Below, in pieces: positions 1 through 7,707 of a DNA stretch of 16,363 bases. The position numbers and the translations under genes were made by a program. The DNA lies in NCBI GenBank assembly GCA_039802265.1, contig JBDRWI010000051.1, positions 1 through 16,363 on the forward strand, read 5' to 3'. Origin of the DNA: a candidate division WOR-3 bacterium (GTDB lineage: Bacteria > Hydrothermota > Tepidihabitantia > SM23-42 > JAOAFX01). Position 1 is the stretch's first letter; every line of letters begins with the position of its first letter. The notes under the pieces were generated by a model. It was not told the origin of the DNA. It saw only the letters and a program-made list of their open reading frames with translations, and searched no databases.

Positions 1-229
1 GGTGTTGAGAAAAACTAAACTGTTAAGTTTCTTTATTTCTTAAAAAATAGCGAAAAAAAGATCTTTATGGTAGAGAAGACCTGCATCTTTAGGTTTCCGC
101 TTTCGACAAATTTTACACAAATAAAATCCCAATTGTCCCGCTTGACAAAACCAGAAAAAGAAGGAATTGAGATTGCTTCGCCTGCGGTCATTACAACATT
201 AAGTGTAAATAATCTGGATTATTTATCCC

Positions 230-257
230 TTGATTTTCTTTATCATTTTGTTATAAT
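230..257 (+). promoter_or_regulatory. sigma70-like promoter, TTGATT-N16-TATAAT with extended -10 TG; probably leaderless
   Basis: TTGATT 230-235, TG 249-250, TATAAT 252-257. The ATG at 265 follows after 7 nt, with no Shine-Dalgarno. Confidence 0.75.
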
Positions 258-264
258 GCAAGTT

Positions 265-1359
265 ATGGATATCTGTGTCCTTGGTTGTGGAATGCAGGGC
301 AGGGTTGCGGCGGTTGAACTTTCAAAGAATCACAATGTTACGGTCTTGGATATCAATTGCTCTAACCTTAAGCAGTTGAAAAAAATTCCCCGGATTAAGA
401 CCCTGGAATTTGATGTAACCGAAGGCAAAAAACTCTGCCGATTCTTAAAAAATTTTGATATTGTGCTCGGGGCATTGCCCTCATCATTGGGATTTTATTC
501 CCTCGAGTGCGCGCTTAAGGCGAAGAAGGACATTGTGGATATGTCCTATCTTCCCGAAGACCCATTTATTCTTGACCGCTTCGCAAAGAGATTGAAGATT
601 CGTATTGTCGTTGATGCTGGATTTGCCCCGGGCTTGAGCAATATCCTTGTTGGTGAAACCTACCGAGAATGGGGTAGGATTGATACACTCAAGATAGTAG
701 TCGGTGGGATACCACAGAAGCCCTTACCGCCATTTTACTATCGGATAACTTGGTCACCCGCTGATTTGATTGAGGAATATCTCAGGCCAGCAAGGATTTT
801 AAAGAATTATAAATTAACGGTTGTTCCAGCATTAACGGGTATTGAAGAATTTACCCTGCGCGGTGTGGGAAGGCTTGAATGTTTCTACACCGATGGTTTG
901 CGTACCCTGCTTAAGACAATCAAAGGGGCAAGGAATATGGAGGAAAAGACCATTCGTTATCCAGGTCATGCGGAATTATTCAAAAGATTCATTGATTGCA
1001 AATTCTTCTCTGATGAGGTTGTGGAACTTAGAGGAAAGAAGATAAGGGTGAAGGAATTTGCCCTTGAGTTTTTGAGGAATTTATTGAGCAGGGGCGATGA
1101 AGAGGACATTTCAATTTTAATTATTGAGATTACCGCAGGGAGAAGAAAGAGACGGTATTATATCCTTGACCGTTATGACAAAAGAAAAAAGATTACCTCA
1201 ATGGCAAGGATGACCGCATATACTGGTGCGACAATAACCGAGGTTATAAAGAAGTATCCCCGCTATGGAATTATCCCACCTGAATATTTAGGATTTGAAA
1301 AAAAACTGTGTAACGAGATTAAATCAACCTTACGAAAAAGGGGAATTAAGATACCTTAA
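265..1359 (+). CDS. Saccharopine dehydrogenase-family oxidoreductase, L-lysine 6-dehydrogenase-like
   Basis: Rossmann motif ICVLGCGMQG directly after Met at 265. Family motifs DAGFAPGLSNIL, VGGIP, TWSPADLIEEY, FYTDGLRTLL, EKTIRYPGH, MARMTAY. The ORF-track start at 67 adds a non-conserved extension across the promoter. Confidence 0.85.
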   Translation: MDICVLGCGMQGRVAAVELSKNHNVTVLDINCSNLKQLKKIPRIKTLEFDVTEGKKLCRFLKNFDIVLGALPSSLGFYSLECALKAKKDIVDMSYLPEDPFILDRFAKRLKIRIVVDAGFAPGLSNILVGETYREWGRIDTLKIVVGGIPQKPLPPFYYRITWSPADLIEEYLRPARILKNYKLTVVPALTGIEEFTLRGVGRLECFYTDGLRTLLKTIKGARNMEEKTIRYPGHAELFKRFIDCKFFSDEVVELRGKKIRVKEFALEFLRNLLSRGDEEDISILIIEITAGRRKRRYYILDRYDKRKKITSMARMTAYTGATITEVIKKYPRYGIIPPEYLGFEKKLCNEIKSTLRKRGIKIP

Positions 1360-1599
1360 TTTTGATTGTCTATAAATCCGCGAGTTTTGTACAGAAAATA
1401 GCTGTTTGATAGTTTTTTATGTAAAAGAAATAGCGGAGGTTATATTAATTGGATATTACCGAATTAAAACAGTTTTTTAAGGGTTGAGGTCATTAACGAA
1501 GATTTATGAATTACCGGTATGCGAATTTTTTTCATCGGAAGCAGCCTCCAAGTTCTTCCACATTTATTACAGTATTTAGCAAGTTGATTTATCCATTTG

Positions 1600-3810
1600 T
1601 CAATGGATGAGCACTACTTTTTCAACCCTCTTGCAATCTTCTGTAGTTATATGTAGGAAGTAAATACCGTTTGCCAAACCAGTGGTTGACAGCAACACCA
1701 AATTCTCGTGATGCAAGCAATTGTTTAATCTGTACTCCCGAACTTTTTGACCAATAGCATTATACAACTTAAAAGCGCAATTTTGTTTTTTATCCCTTAT
1801 CAATATTCTTATATAATTGCCACTAATTGGATTTTGTAATAGTTGTGATTCATAACGGCCAGGATGATTCTGTGATTCTTGTATTGCGCCTGCAAAATAT
1901 GTGAAGATCGAAAGCCCACATGACCCATCCGCAGCATAGACATAAGAACCACACGTTTGGACATCAACTGCATAAAATGGAGAACTTGAATAAGCTTCAT
2001 AGGGAACGAATGGATTTGTAATCTTTATTACACGTATACCAGAATCTCCATCGGCAACATAAATGAAGGTATCAGCAAAATATATACTTCTTGCAAACCC
2101 CGGTGTATCATAGTAGCTGATTTCAAAAGGATTTGCTGGATTTGAAATATTGATAATGCGCAAGCCAGCTATACCATCAGCAACATAAGCATAAGAATCG
2201 AATACGCAAACTCCGTGTGATTCACCCGGCGTATCGTAATAGCCTACTTCTTGGGGGTTCATAGGATCTGAAACATCAATAATTCGCAGCCCAGCGTAAT
2301 TATTAGCGACATAGGCATAAGAATCAGAAACATAGACATTGATAGCAACATCCGGCAAGGTAAGATGACCTGTTTCATACGGATGGAGAGGATCTGAAAT
2401 ATCAATAATACGCAGTCCGCCTGTTCCATCGGCAACATAAGCATAAGAACCGGAGACAAAAATACTATGAGTTGAATCTGGGGTATCATAAAAACCTGTT
2501 TCATACGGATGGAGAGGATCTGAAATATCAATAATACGCAGTCCGCCTGTTCCATCGGCAACATAAGCATAAGAACCGGAGACATAGACATCCTCAGCAG
2601 TGTTGGGTGTAATAATATAGCTTGCTTCCCTTGGGCCAAAGAGAAGATCTGATACATCTATGATTCGCAAACCCGCTTCACCATATGCAACGTATACATA
2701 AGAACCAGAGGCACAAATACTGCGGGCAGTTCCTGGTGGGAAAAAATGTGAGACCAACTGTGGGTTGGAAGGGGTAGTTATATTAATAACAAATAAACCG
2801 GAATAACATTCTGCAACATAGGCATAATCACCGCAAACAGATATATCATGGCTTCGAATCCCGATCGTATAATGACCTACTTCTTGAGGAGTAGTTGGAT
2901 CCGAAATATCAATGATCACAAAACTAGGGTCATTATAACCAACGACGTACGCGTATGGTTCTGAAACAACTACATTATGACCAGCACTTATTGCCGATGA
3001 GATTCCTATTTCCTGGGGATTGCTGGGATTAGATATGTCCACAATGCGCAGACCCACTGGCGCCCAACATGTGAGGTAAGCATAAGAATCAGAGACATAA
3101 ACTCCTCGGACTGACCACCCCGGAACAAAATTACCAACTTCTTGGGGAAAAGCAGGGTTTGAAATGTCTACGACTCGTAAACCACCATAGTCATCAGCTA
3201 CATAAGCGTAAGAACCGGAAACATAGACATTTATTGCTATATTGGGCAGATCGCACCATCCTATTTCCTGTGGGCTGTATGGATTTGAAACATCAATAAT
3301 TCGCAACTTCCCATCCCAATCTGCAATAAATGCGTAATTATTATAAACAAAAACACCGTTAGCTTGCCCTGGAGTATTGTAATATCCGAGTTTTATCGGT
3401 AGTGTAGGATCCGATACATTCCATATCTCAAGTCCTGCAACACGATCAGCAATATAAAGGAACTGAGATGCAGCGTCATAGAACAAACCTCCGATGTCAG
3501 CAAATGTATGTATTCCTGGGGGTATATTTGTAAATGAAGAATCCAAGATATACACATCGCGTTCGGAACTGCAAAAAATAAGATTCCTAATTGAATCATA
3601 CTCAACAGCCAAGAATGATGTGAAATGCCAGGAACCACAACATCCGAGATATAGTGAATCAAAATAATCAGTTTTCTTTATCTGTATATCATTATATCTA
3701 TTTTGGGAATCAGCAGGTGTATCTTGCAATGTAGTTGCAACATTGGGGAAAGGCTCACCATAAATTACATTGGGCATCAAAATAGCAATACCTATAAACA
3801 ACATTGTCAT
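1600..3810 (-). CDS. Secreted LVIVD-repeat beta-propeller protein with C-terminal T9SS/Por-type sorting-like domain
   Basis: Hydrophobic N-terminus MTMLFIGIAILMPNVIYG and about 14 repeats of ~42 aa (VxVSGSYAYVADxxxGLRIIDISDPxxPxEVG). C-terminus QNP...FKLYNAIGQKV...GLANGIYFLHI...EKVVLIH. Start set at ATG 3810 because GGGAG (3816-3820) lies 5 nt upstream; the ORF track used TTG 3828. Confidence 0.88.
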   Translation of the reverse strand: MTMLFIGIAILMPNVIYGEPFPNVATTLQDTPADSQNRYNDIQIKKTDYFDSLYLGCCGSWHFTSFLAVEYDSIRNLIFCSSERDVYILDSSFTNIPPGIHTFADIGGLFYDAASQFLYIADRVAGLEIWNVSDPTLPIKLGYYNTPGQANGVFVYNNYAFIADWDGKLRIIDVSNPYSPQEIGWCDLPNIAINVYVSGSYAYVADDYGGLRVVDISNPAFPQEVGNFVPGWSVRGVYVSDSYAYLTCWAPVGLRIVDISNPSNPQEIGISSAISAGHNVVVSEPYAYVVGYNDPSFVIIDISDPTTPQEVGHYTIGIRSHDISVCGDYAYVAECYSGLFVINITTPSNPQLVSHFFPPGTARSICASGSYVYVAYGEAGLRIIDVSDLLFGPREASYIITPNTAEDVYVSGSYAYVADGTGGLRIIDISDPLHPYETGFYDTPDSTHSIFVSGSYAYVADGTGGLRIIDISDPLHPYETGHLTLPDVAINVYVSDSYAYVANNYAGLRIIDVSDPMNPQEVGYYDTPGESHGVCVFDSYAYVADGIAGLRIINISNPANPFEISYYDTPGFARSIYFADTFIYVADGDSGIRVIKITNPFVPYEAYSSSPFYAVDVQTCGSYVYAADGSCGLSIFTYFAGAIQESQNHPGRYESQLLQNPISGNYIRILIRDKKQNCAFKLYNAIGQKVREYRLNNCLHHENLVLLSTTGLANGIYFLHITTEDCKRVEKVVLIH
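2368..2584. repeat. Perfect 91-bp direct repeat (2368-2458 = 2494-2584), 126-bp period, inside the LVIVD gene
   Basis: Base-by-base comparison shows acctgtttcatacgg...aagaaccggagaca is identical in both copies. It encodes VSGSYAYVADGTGGLRIIDISDPLHPYETG twice; the flanking bases differ. Confidence 0.97.
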
Positions 3811-3899
3811 AGCTGCTCCCTGAATCAATTATAATTCCTATTAAGTTCCACACACAGGAATGTTTTAACTATCCTAAAGTTCCTTGATTCTTACACTAT

Positions 3900-3927
3900 A
3901 GTATAATCATAATTGGCAAATTGTCAA
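3900..3927 (-). promoter_or_regulatory. sigma70-like promoter TTGACA-N16-TATACT for the LVIVD gene
   Basis: Minus strand TTGACA 3927-3922, TATACT 3905-3900. Gives a leader of about 80 nt with an SD before ATG 3810. Confidence 0.75.
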
Positions 3928-3946
3928 TTCCCATACGACCTGAGCT

Positions 3947-3994
3947 CCTCACTTTGTCCCCCCCTCTGAAGGGAAAGGATTAAGGTGAGGGTGA
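3947..3994. repeat. GC-rich imperfect hairpin, REP/MITE-like palindromic element; possible terminator for the upstream minus-strand operon
   Basis: cctcac (3947-3952) pairs with gtgagg (3985-3990), with inner tcc/gga and ccct/aggg pairs. The minus strand reads TCACCCTCACCTTAATCCTTTCCC..GAGGGGGGGGA, resembling the widespread CCCTCACCCTAACCCTCTCCC..GGGAGAGGG repeats. Confidence 0.55.
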
Positions 3995-4086
3995 TAGAAA
4001 TAGATTTTAGTGACGGTAGTTGCTTATATGTTTATGATTCTTTTTGGTGCGATTAGTGAATTGTGTTTTGATATTCAGATTCTAAA

Positions 4087-5154
4087 TTATGCTCGTAACC
4101 TTCTATGTCCCTCAATAATACGGGTTTCAAATGGGGATTCGCGGATAATCTTCAGTTCTTTTTTTGCGTTCTGCACAATATCTTCTGCCCGGCGATCTTT
4201 TCCATAGAGATACTCATAGGCACGGGCACCGGCAATCCTTCCTTCAAGCATTGCCGTTGATGCCTCTTCAATTGAGGCAAGGTCGCCGCAGACAAAAATA
4301 TGAGCTCTCGATGTCTGGAGGTCTTCATTATAATACGGCACATTGCCACCGAGTTCCGGGATATATCTAATCTCACATCCTGCCTGATACAAAAGTTCAC
4401 AAAGTGGTGATAAACCTACGGCAATCAAAATTATGTCACAATCAATTATTTTTTCCTTCCCGGGGATGCACTCAAAATTATCATTTACTTCGGTTATCAC
4501 TGCCGACTCCACACATTCTTTACCCCTTGCCTCAATGATCGTATGTCTCAACAATATAGGCACCCCTGCCCTTTTAATCTTTGCCGCATGGACATAATAT
4601 CCACCAACTCTGGGTAAAATCTCAATGATTGCGGCAACCTCAACCCCGGCCTGTAGTAACTGATATGGAACAATTAGACCAATGTTGCCCGAACCGACAA
4701 CCAGCGCCCTCTTTCCCGGAATAACTCCATAGACATTCATCAGCGTCTGGACTGCTCCAGCACCATAGACACCGGGCAGGTCTGAATTTTCAAAGGCAAG
4801 CATATTCTCACTGGCGCCTGTGGCAAATATATAACTCTTTGCCTTTATCTGCAGAAGTTCATTTTCTTTCAAAATTCCTATTGAATCATCATCATAATAT
4901 CCGATAACTGTAGCATTGAGCATTACATTAATACCTAAGTCTTCAACTCTTTTGGTCAGAATCTTTGCAATATCTATACCCCTGACACCACAATAGTGTT
5001 CCTTTGAACCAAAAAATTTATGGGTCTGCTTAATCAATTGCCCACCCAGGATAGGGTTATCGTCAATTATCAAAACTGAGGCGCCCAATTCCTTTGCCAC
5101 AATTCCGGCGTTCAAACCCGCCGGGCCACCGCCGATGATACAAATGTCAACCAC
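4087..5154 (-). CDS. FAD/NAD(P)-dependent oxidoreductase, similar to the alpha subunit of sarcosine oxidase, dye-linked L-proline dehydrogenase or HcnB
   Basis: FAD motif IIGGGPAGL, LGGQLIKQTHKFFGS, ATGA, NAD motif VVGSGNIGL, IFVCGD, ASTAMLEGRIAG. GTG start overlaps the upstream gene by 8 bp. Confidence 0.85.
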   Translation of the reverse strand: MVDICIIGGGPAGLNAGIVAKELGASVLIIDDNPILGGQLIKQTHKFFGSKEHYCGVRGIDIAKILTKRVEDLGINVMLNATVIGYYDDDSIGILKENELLQIKAKSYIFATGASENMLAFENSDLPGVYGAGAVQTLMNVYGVIPGKRALVVGSGNIGLIVPYQLLQAGVEVAAIIEILPRVGGYYVHAAKIKRAGVPILLRHTIIEARGKECVESAVITEVNDNFECIPGKEKIIDCDIILIAVGLSPLCELLYQAGCEIRYIPELGGNVPYYNEDLQTSRAHIFVCGDLASIEEASTAMLEGRIAGARAYEYLYGKDRRAEDIVQNAKKELKIIRESPFETRIIEGHRRLRA

Positions 5155-5467
5155 TCAGCCGTCCTTTTCCTTTCTGTCTTTTTACCCGCATTCCCTCTTT
5201 CAATGGCTCCATACAAACCATCACATTTGCCCGACCATCAACCTCCATCAAACAGGAGGAGCATTTACCAACCGCACAGAAGAACCCCCTTGGTCTACTG
5301 TATTTCTCAGAATATCTCAGTACCCGGATTCCGGCGGCATGGAGCGCCGCCGCAATTGGAATTCCCTCGTATCCTTCAAGCTCATTGTCTTCAAAATAGA
5401 ATTTAACCTTTCTCTTCCTTTTAAACTCCAGGATGGGATGTTGAATTATATATCCTTCCATAATCAT
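5147..5467 (-). CDS. [2Fe-2S]-binding protein (Fer2_4 / HcnA-like partner subunit)
   Basis: IAAALHAAG...RPRGFFCAVGKCSSCLMEVDG...VCMEP carries four Cys ligands. ATGA overlap with the purQ stop; alternative start ATG 5461. Confidence 0.88.
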   Translation of the reverse strand: MIMEGYIIQHPILEFKRKRKVKFYFEDNELEGYEGIPIAAALHAAGIRVLRYSEKYSRPRGFFCAVGKCSSCLMEVDGRANVMVCMEPLKEGMRVKRQKGKGRLSG

Positions 5468-6228
5468 CGGAAATAATTGACCGCGTTTTCAAATATTTTA
5501 AAGCCGTCGCCCTTCTTGTTGAGTTTCAGGCGGGTATGGAGAGGATGCTGTAAGGAGGAGATGTGCCTTTCCGGATGGGGCATCAGACCAAGGATTCTCC
5601 CGGTCCTATCTGCGATGCCGGCAATGTTCATAATCGAACCATTGGGATTGTATGGATAACCATTTAGATTCCCATCTTCATTGACATATTGAAATACAAT
5701 CTGACTTTTGATCTCCTGTAGTATCTGTTTATTCTTTACTACAAACTTACCTTCGGCATGGGCAACCGGCAGGAAAATGACTCGCTCAATCCCCTGGGTA
5801 AATACTGAACGTTCGGGATAGACTTTCAGATACACCCAGCGGTCTTCAAACCTTTCTGAGTCGTTTGTGACCAGACTCACTGTCTGGGGTTGGAAATATC
5901 CCTCATTACCGGGGAGAATTCCACATTTTACCAGAACTTGAAATCCATTGCAGATTCCCAGAATCAGATTCCCTTTTTCAAGGAATCTCAAGATTTTATC
6001 TTTCATTGTATATTTGATCTCATTAGCAAGAATCTTCCCGGCCGAGATATCATCACCGTAAGTAAATCCACCCGGGAGAACGAGGATTTGATAATCCAGC
6101 AGATTTTTTTTCTTCACCTCATCTATGTAGCAGCGCTCGGCGATAGCACCAGCAACTTCAAAGGCATAAGCAGTTTCTACATCACAATTTGTACCGGCTG
6201 CCCGGAGGATGAGTACCTTAATTTTCAT
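5464..6228 (-). CDS. purQ: Phosphoribosylformylglycinamidine synthase I (glutaminase subunit)
   Basis: GTNCDVET, LPGGFTYGD, LGICNGFQVL (catalytic Cys), AHAEGK, YPYNPNGS, LGLMPHPER (His/Glu of the triad). Confidence 0.96.
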   Translation of the reverse strand: MKIKVLILRAAGTNCDVETAYAFEVAGAIAERCYIDEVKKKNLLDYQILVLPGGFTYGDDISAGKILANEIKYTMKDKILRFLEKGNLILGICNGFQVLVKCGILPGNEGYFQPQTVSLVTNDSERFEDRWVYLKVYPERSVFTQGIERVIFLPVAHAEGKFVVKNKQILQEIKSQIVFQYVNEDGNLNGYPYNPNGSIMNIAGIADRTGRILGLMPHPERHISSLQHPLHTRLKLNKKGDGFKIFENAVNYFR

Positions 6229-6425
6229 CTCTTTAATGATACATAGATTGTTCTTTTTTCGCGCCGAAAAATTAATTTATCTTCCCGGGCAAGCCAGCCC
6301 AGTCCTAAATAGAACATATTTATGGGCAGGCCGGTCTTTCTTTTTAACCGGGTAATCACCATTTCACCTTCTTCATTGAGTTTCTTCCAGATATCACCAG
6401 CAGCAAGACCTATCTCATTGATCAT
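6225..6425 (-). CDS. Small winged helix-turn-helix protein, DUF2582 family
   Basis: IGLAAGDIWKKL...YLGLGWLAREDKL matches the DUF2582 pattern. Strong SD AAGGAGGT at 6436-6429 and ATGA overlap with purQ. Confidence 0.85.
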   Translation of the reverse strand: MINEIGLAAGDIWKKLNEEGEMVITRLKRKTGLPINMFYLGLGWLAREDKLIFRREKRTIYVSLKR

Positions 6426-6482
6426 TTTACCTCCTTGCTATAATTTGCCCTTGGATTTTGGAAAAAGATTAATCTGAAATTT

Positions 6483-7304
6483 TTACAATTTGATCTCAGT
6501 GCCAAATTTTGCCGCGCCAATTTTGTGTTTGGGAAATCTTCTACGAATTTCGGCAAGTGCCTTATTTATGAATTCATCAGTGCTGAAAGGGTCATGGTGC
6601 GTAAATATAACATTCTTTACCGAAGAGGCCTCGGCAAGCTCCATTACCTGGGAATAGGTAGAATGCCCCCAGCCTGTTTTAGATTTATATATCTCATCGT
6701 TGTATTGGGCATCGTGGATTAAAAAATCCGCCCCCTTTATAAACTCCACAAACTTTTGAAAAGGCGTATTCGGGGTTGGTGAATAAAGTTCATTGTCCGT
6801 CAAGAAGACTACCGCCTTCTCTTTTTCTTTTATCTTCAAACCGTATGTATAATTGGGGTGGTTGTTTGGGATTACCTGGATATTAATACTTCCAATTTTG
6901 AATCTGGATTTAAATTTTTTGAAATTGAATTTTGCAGGCAGGCTTGATAGGTTGATAGTAGGAAAATAGGGAACTTTCATCTGATATGATAGTGCCTTCT
7001 GGGGGGAGACCTCTTTATCCGGTCCATAGACATTGATCGTGGTCTTTGGCGAGTAGATGGGAGCGAAAAATGGAAAACCCTGGATATGGTCCCAGTGGTA
7101 ATGTGTGAATATCAAATGGATGGTGTTCTTATTATTTTTTATTAAATAAAGGCCGAGTTCCCTTATTCCGCTACCGGCATCAATTACAATTGCCTCTCCG
7201 GAATCGGACTCGGTGTACACACAGGTTGTATTTCCACCGTATTCAATCGTCTTTGGTCCGGATACCGGAATAGAACCCCTTGTACCGTAAAATCTGATAA
7301 ACAT
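6483..7304 (-). CDS. MBL-fold metallo-hydrolase (RNase Z/PhnP/phosphodiesterase-like)
   Basis: GTRGSIP..YGGNTTC, IDAGSG, THYHWDHIQGFPFF (HxHxDH), NHP, TDNE, HDAQY, GWGHST, THHDP. Confidence 0.9.
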   Translation of the reverse strand: MFIRFYGTRGSIPVSGPKTIEYGGNTTCVYTESDSGEAIVIDAGSGIRELGLYLIKNNKNTIHLIFTHYHWDHIQGFPFFAPIYSPKTTINVYGPDKEVSPQKALSYQMKVPYFPTINLSSLPAKFNFKKFKSRFKIGSINIQVIPNNHPNYTYGLKIKEKEKAVVFLTDNELYSPTPNTPFQKFVEFIKGADFLIHDAQYNDEIYKSKTGWGHSTYSQVMELAEASSVKNVIFTHHDPFSTDEFINKALAEIRRRFPKHKIGAAKFGTEIKL

Positions 7305-7651
7305 TATCCCTTCTCTTTTGATTTTTGACTCATCTGGCAGGTGCCGTCAAAAATTACCCCACTCTGGATAATAAGTCCCCGGCAGGTAATATCACCGGTT
7401 ATCTGCGCTCCAGACTGAAATTCAAGCAATTCACTGGCTATGATATTTCCTTCAATCTTACCACCAATTACCGCTGATTTACAATTGATATTTCCCTTTA
7501 TAAGTGAACCCTTACCGGCAAAAAGGCTCTCTTTTACTTCAATATCACCCTGAACCGAGCCATCAATTCTTATTGAGCCATTTGTTTTCAAATTGCCATT
7601 GAGCATCGTTTCCTTTCCAATAATGGTATCTATCTTTCCTTCTTTCTCCAT
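7304..7651 (-). CDS. Bactofilin (polymer-forming cytoskeletal protein, CcmA/BacA family)
   Basis: TIIG...GNLKTNGSIRIDGSVQGDI...IKGNI...IGGKIEGNI...ITGDI...IQSGVIFDGTCQM beta-helix pattern. SD AAGGAG 7665-7660; TAATG overlap with the next gene. Confidence 0.93.
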   Translation of the reverse strand: MEKEGKIDTIIGKETMLNGNLKTNGSIRIDGSVQGDIEVKESLFAGKGSLIKGNINCKSAVIGGKIEGNIIASELLEFQSGAQITGDITCRGLIIQSGVIFDGTCQMSQKSKEKG

Positions 7652-7679
7652 AAATATTACTCCTTAATTTAATTTTATA

Positions 7680-7707
7680 ATTATACTCAGAAAAGATTTT
7701 AAGTCAA
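7680..7707 (-). promoter_or_regulatory. sigma70-like promoter TTGACT-N16-TATAAT for the bactofilin-purQ operon
   Basis: Minus strand TTGACT 7707-7702 and TATAAT 7685-7680, then a short leader with SD before ATG 7651. Confidence 0.75.

Noticed and set aside
67..264. 66-aa N-terminal extension of the dehydrogenase in the ORF track
   Set aside because: It precedes the Rossmann motif, shows no family similarity and runs through a good promoter. ATG 265 fits better.
1360..1599. Terminator between the convergent dehydrogenase and LVIVD genes
   Set aside because: Only weak AT-rich dyads are present; there is no convincing GC stem with a U-tract.
2368..2584. Repeat-spacer-repeat pattern as a CRISPR array or DGR template/variable pair
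   Set aside because: There are only two copies, 91 bp long and in-frame within a CDS. There are no adenine-specific differences and no cas or reverse transcriptase gene in the window.
2259..2657. 132-aa alternative-frame ORF containing a repeated peptide
   Set aside because: It is a shadow of the 91-bp repeat inside the LVIVD gene.
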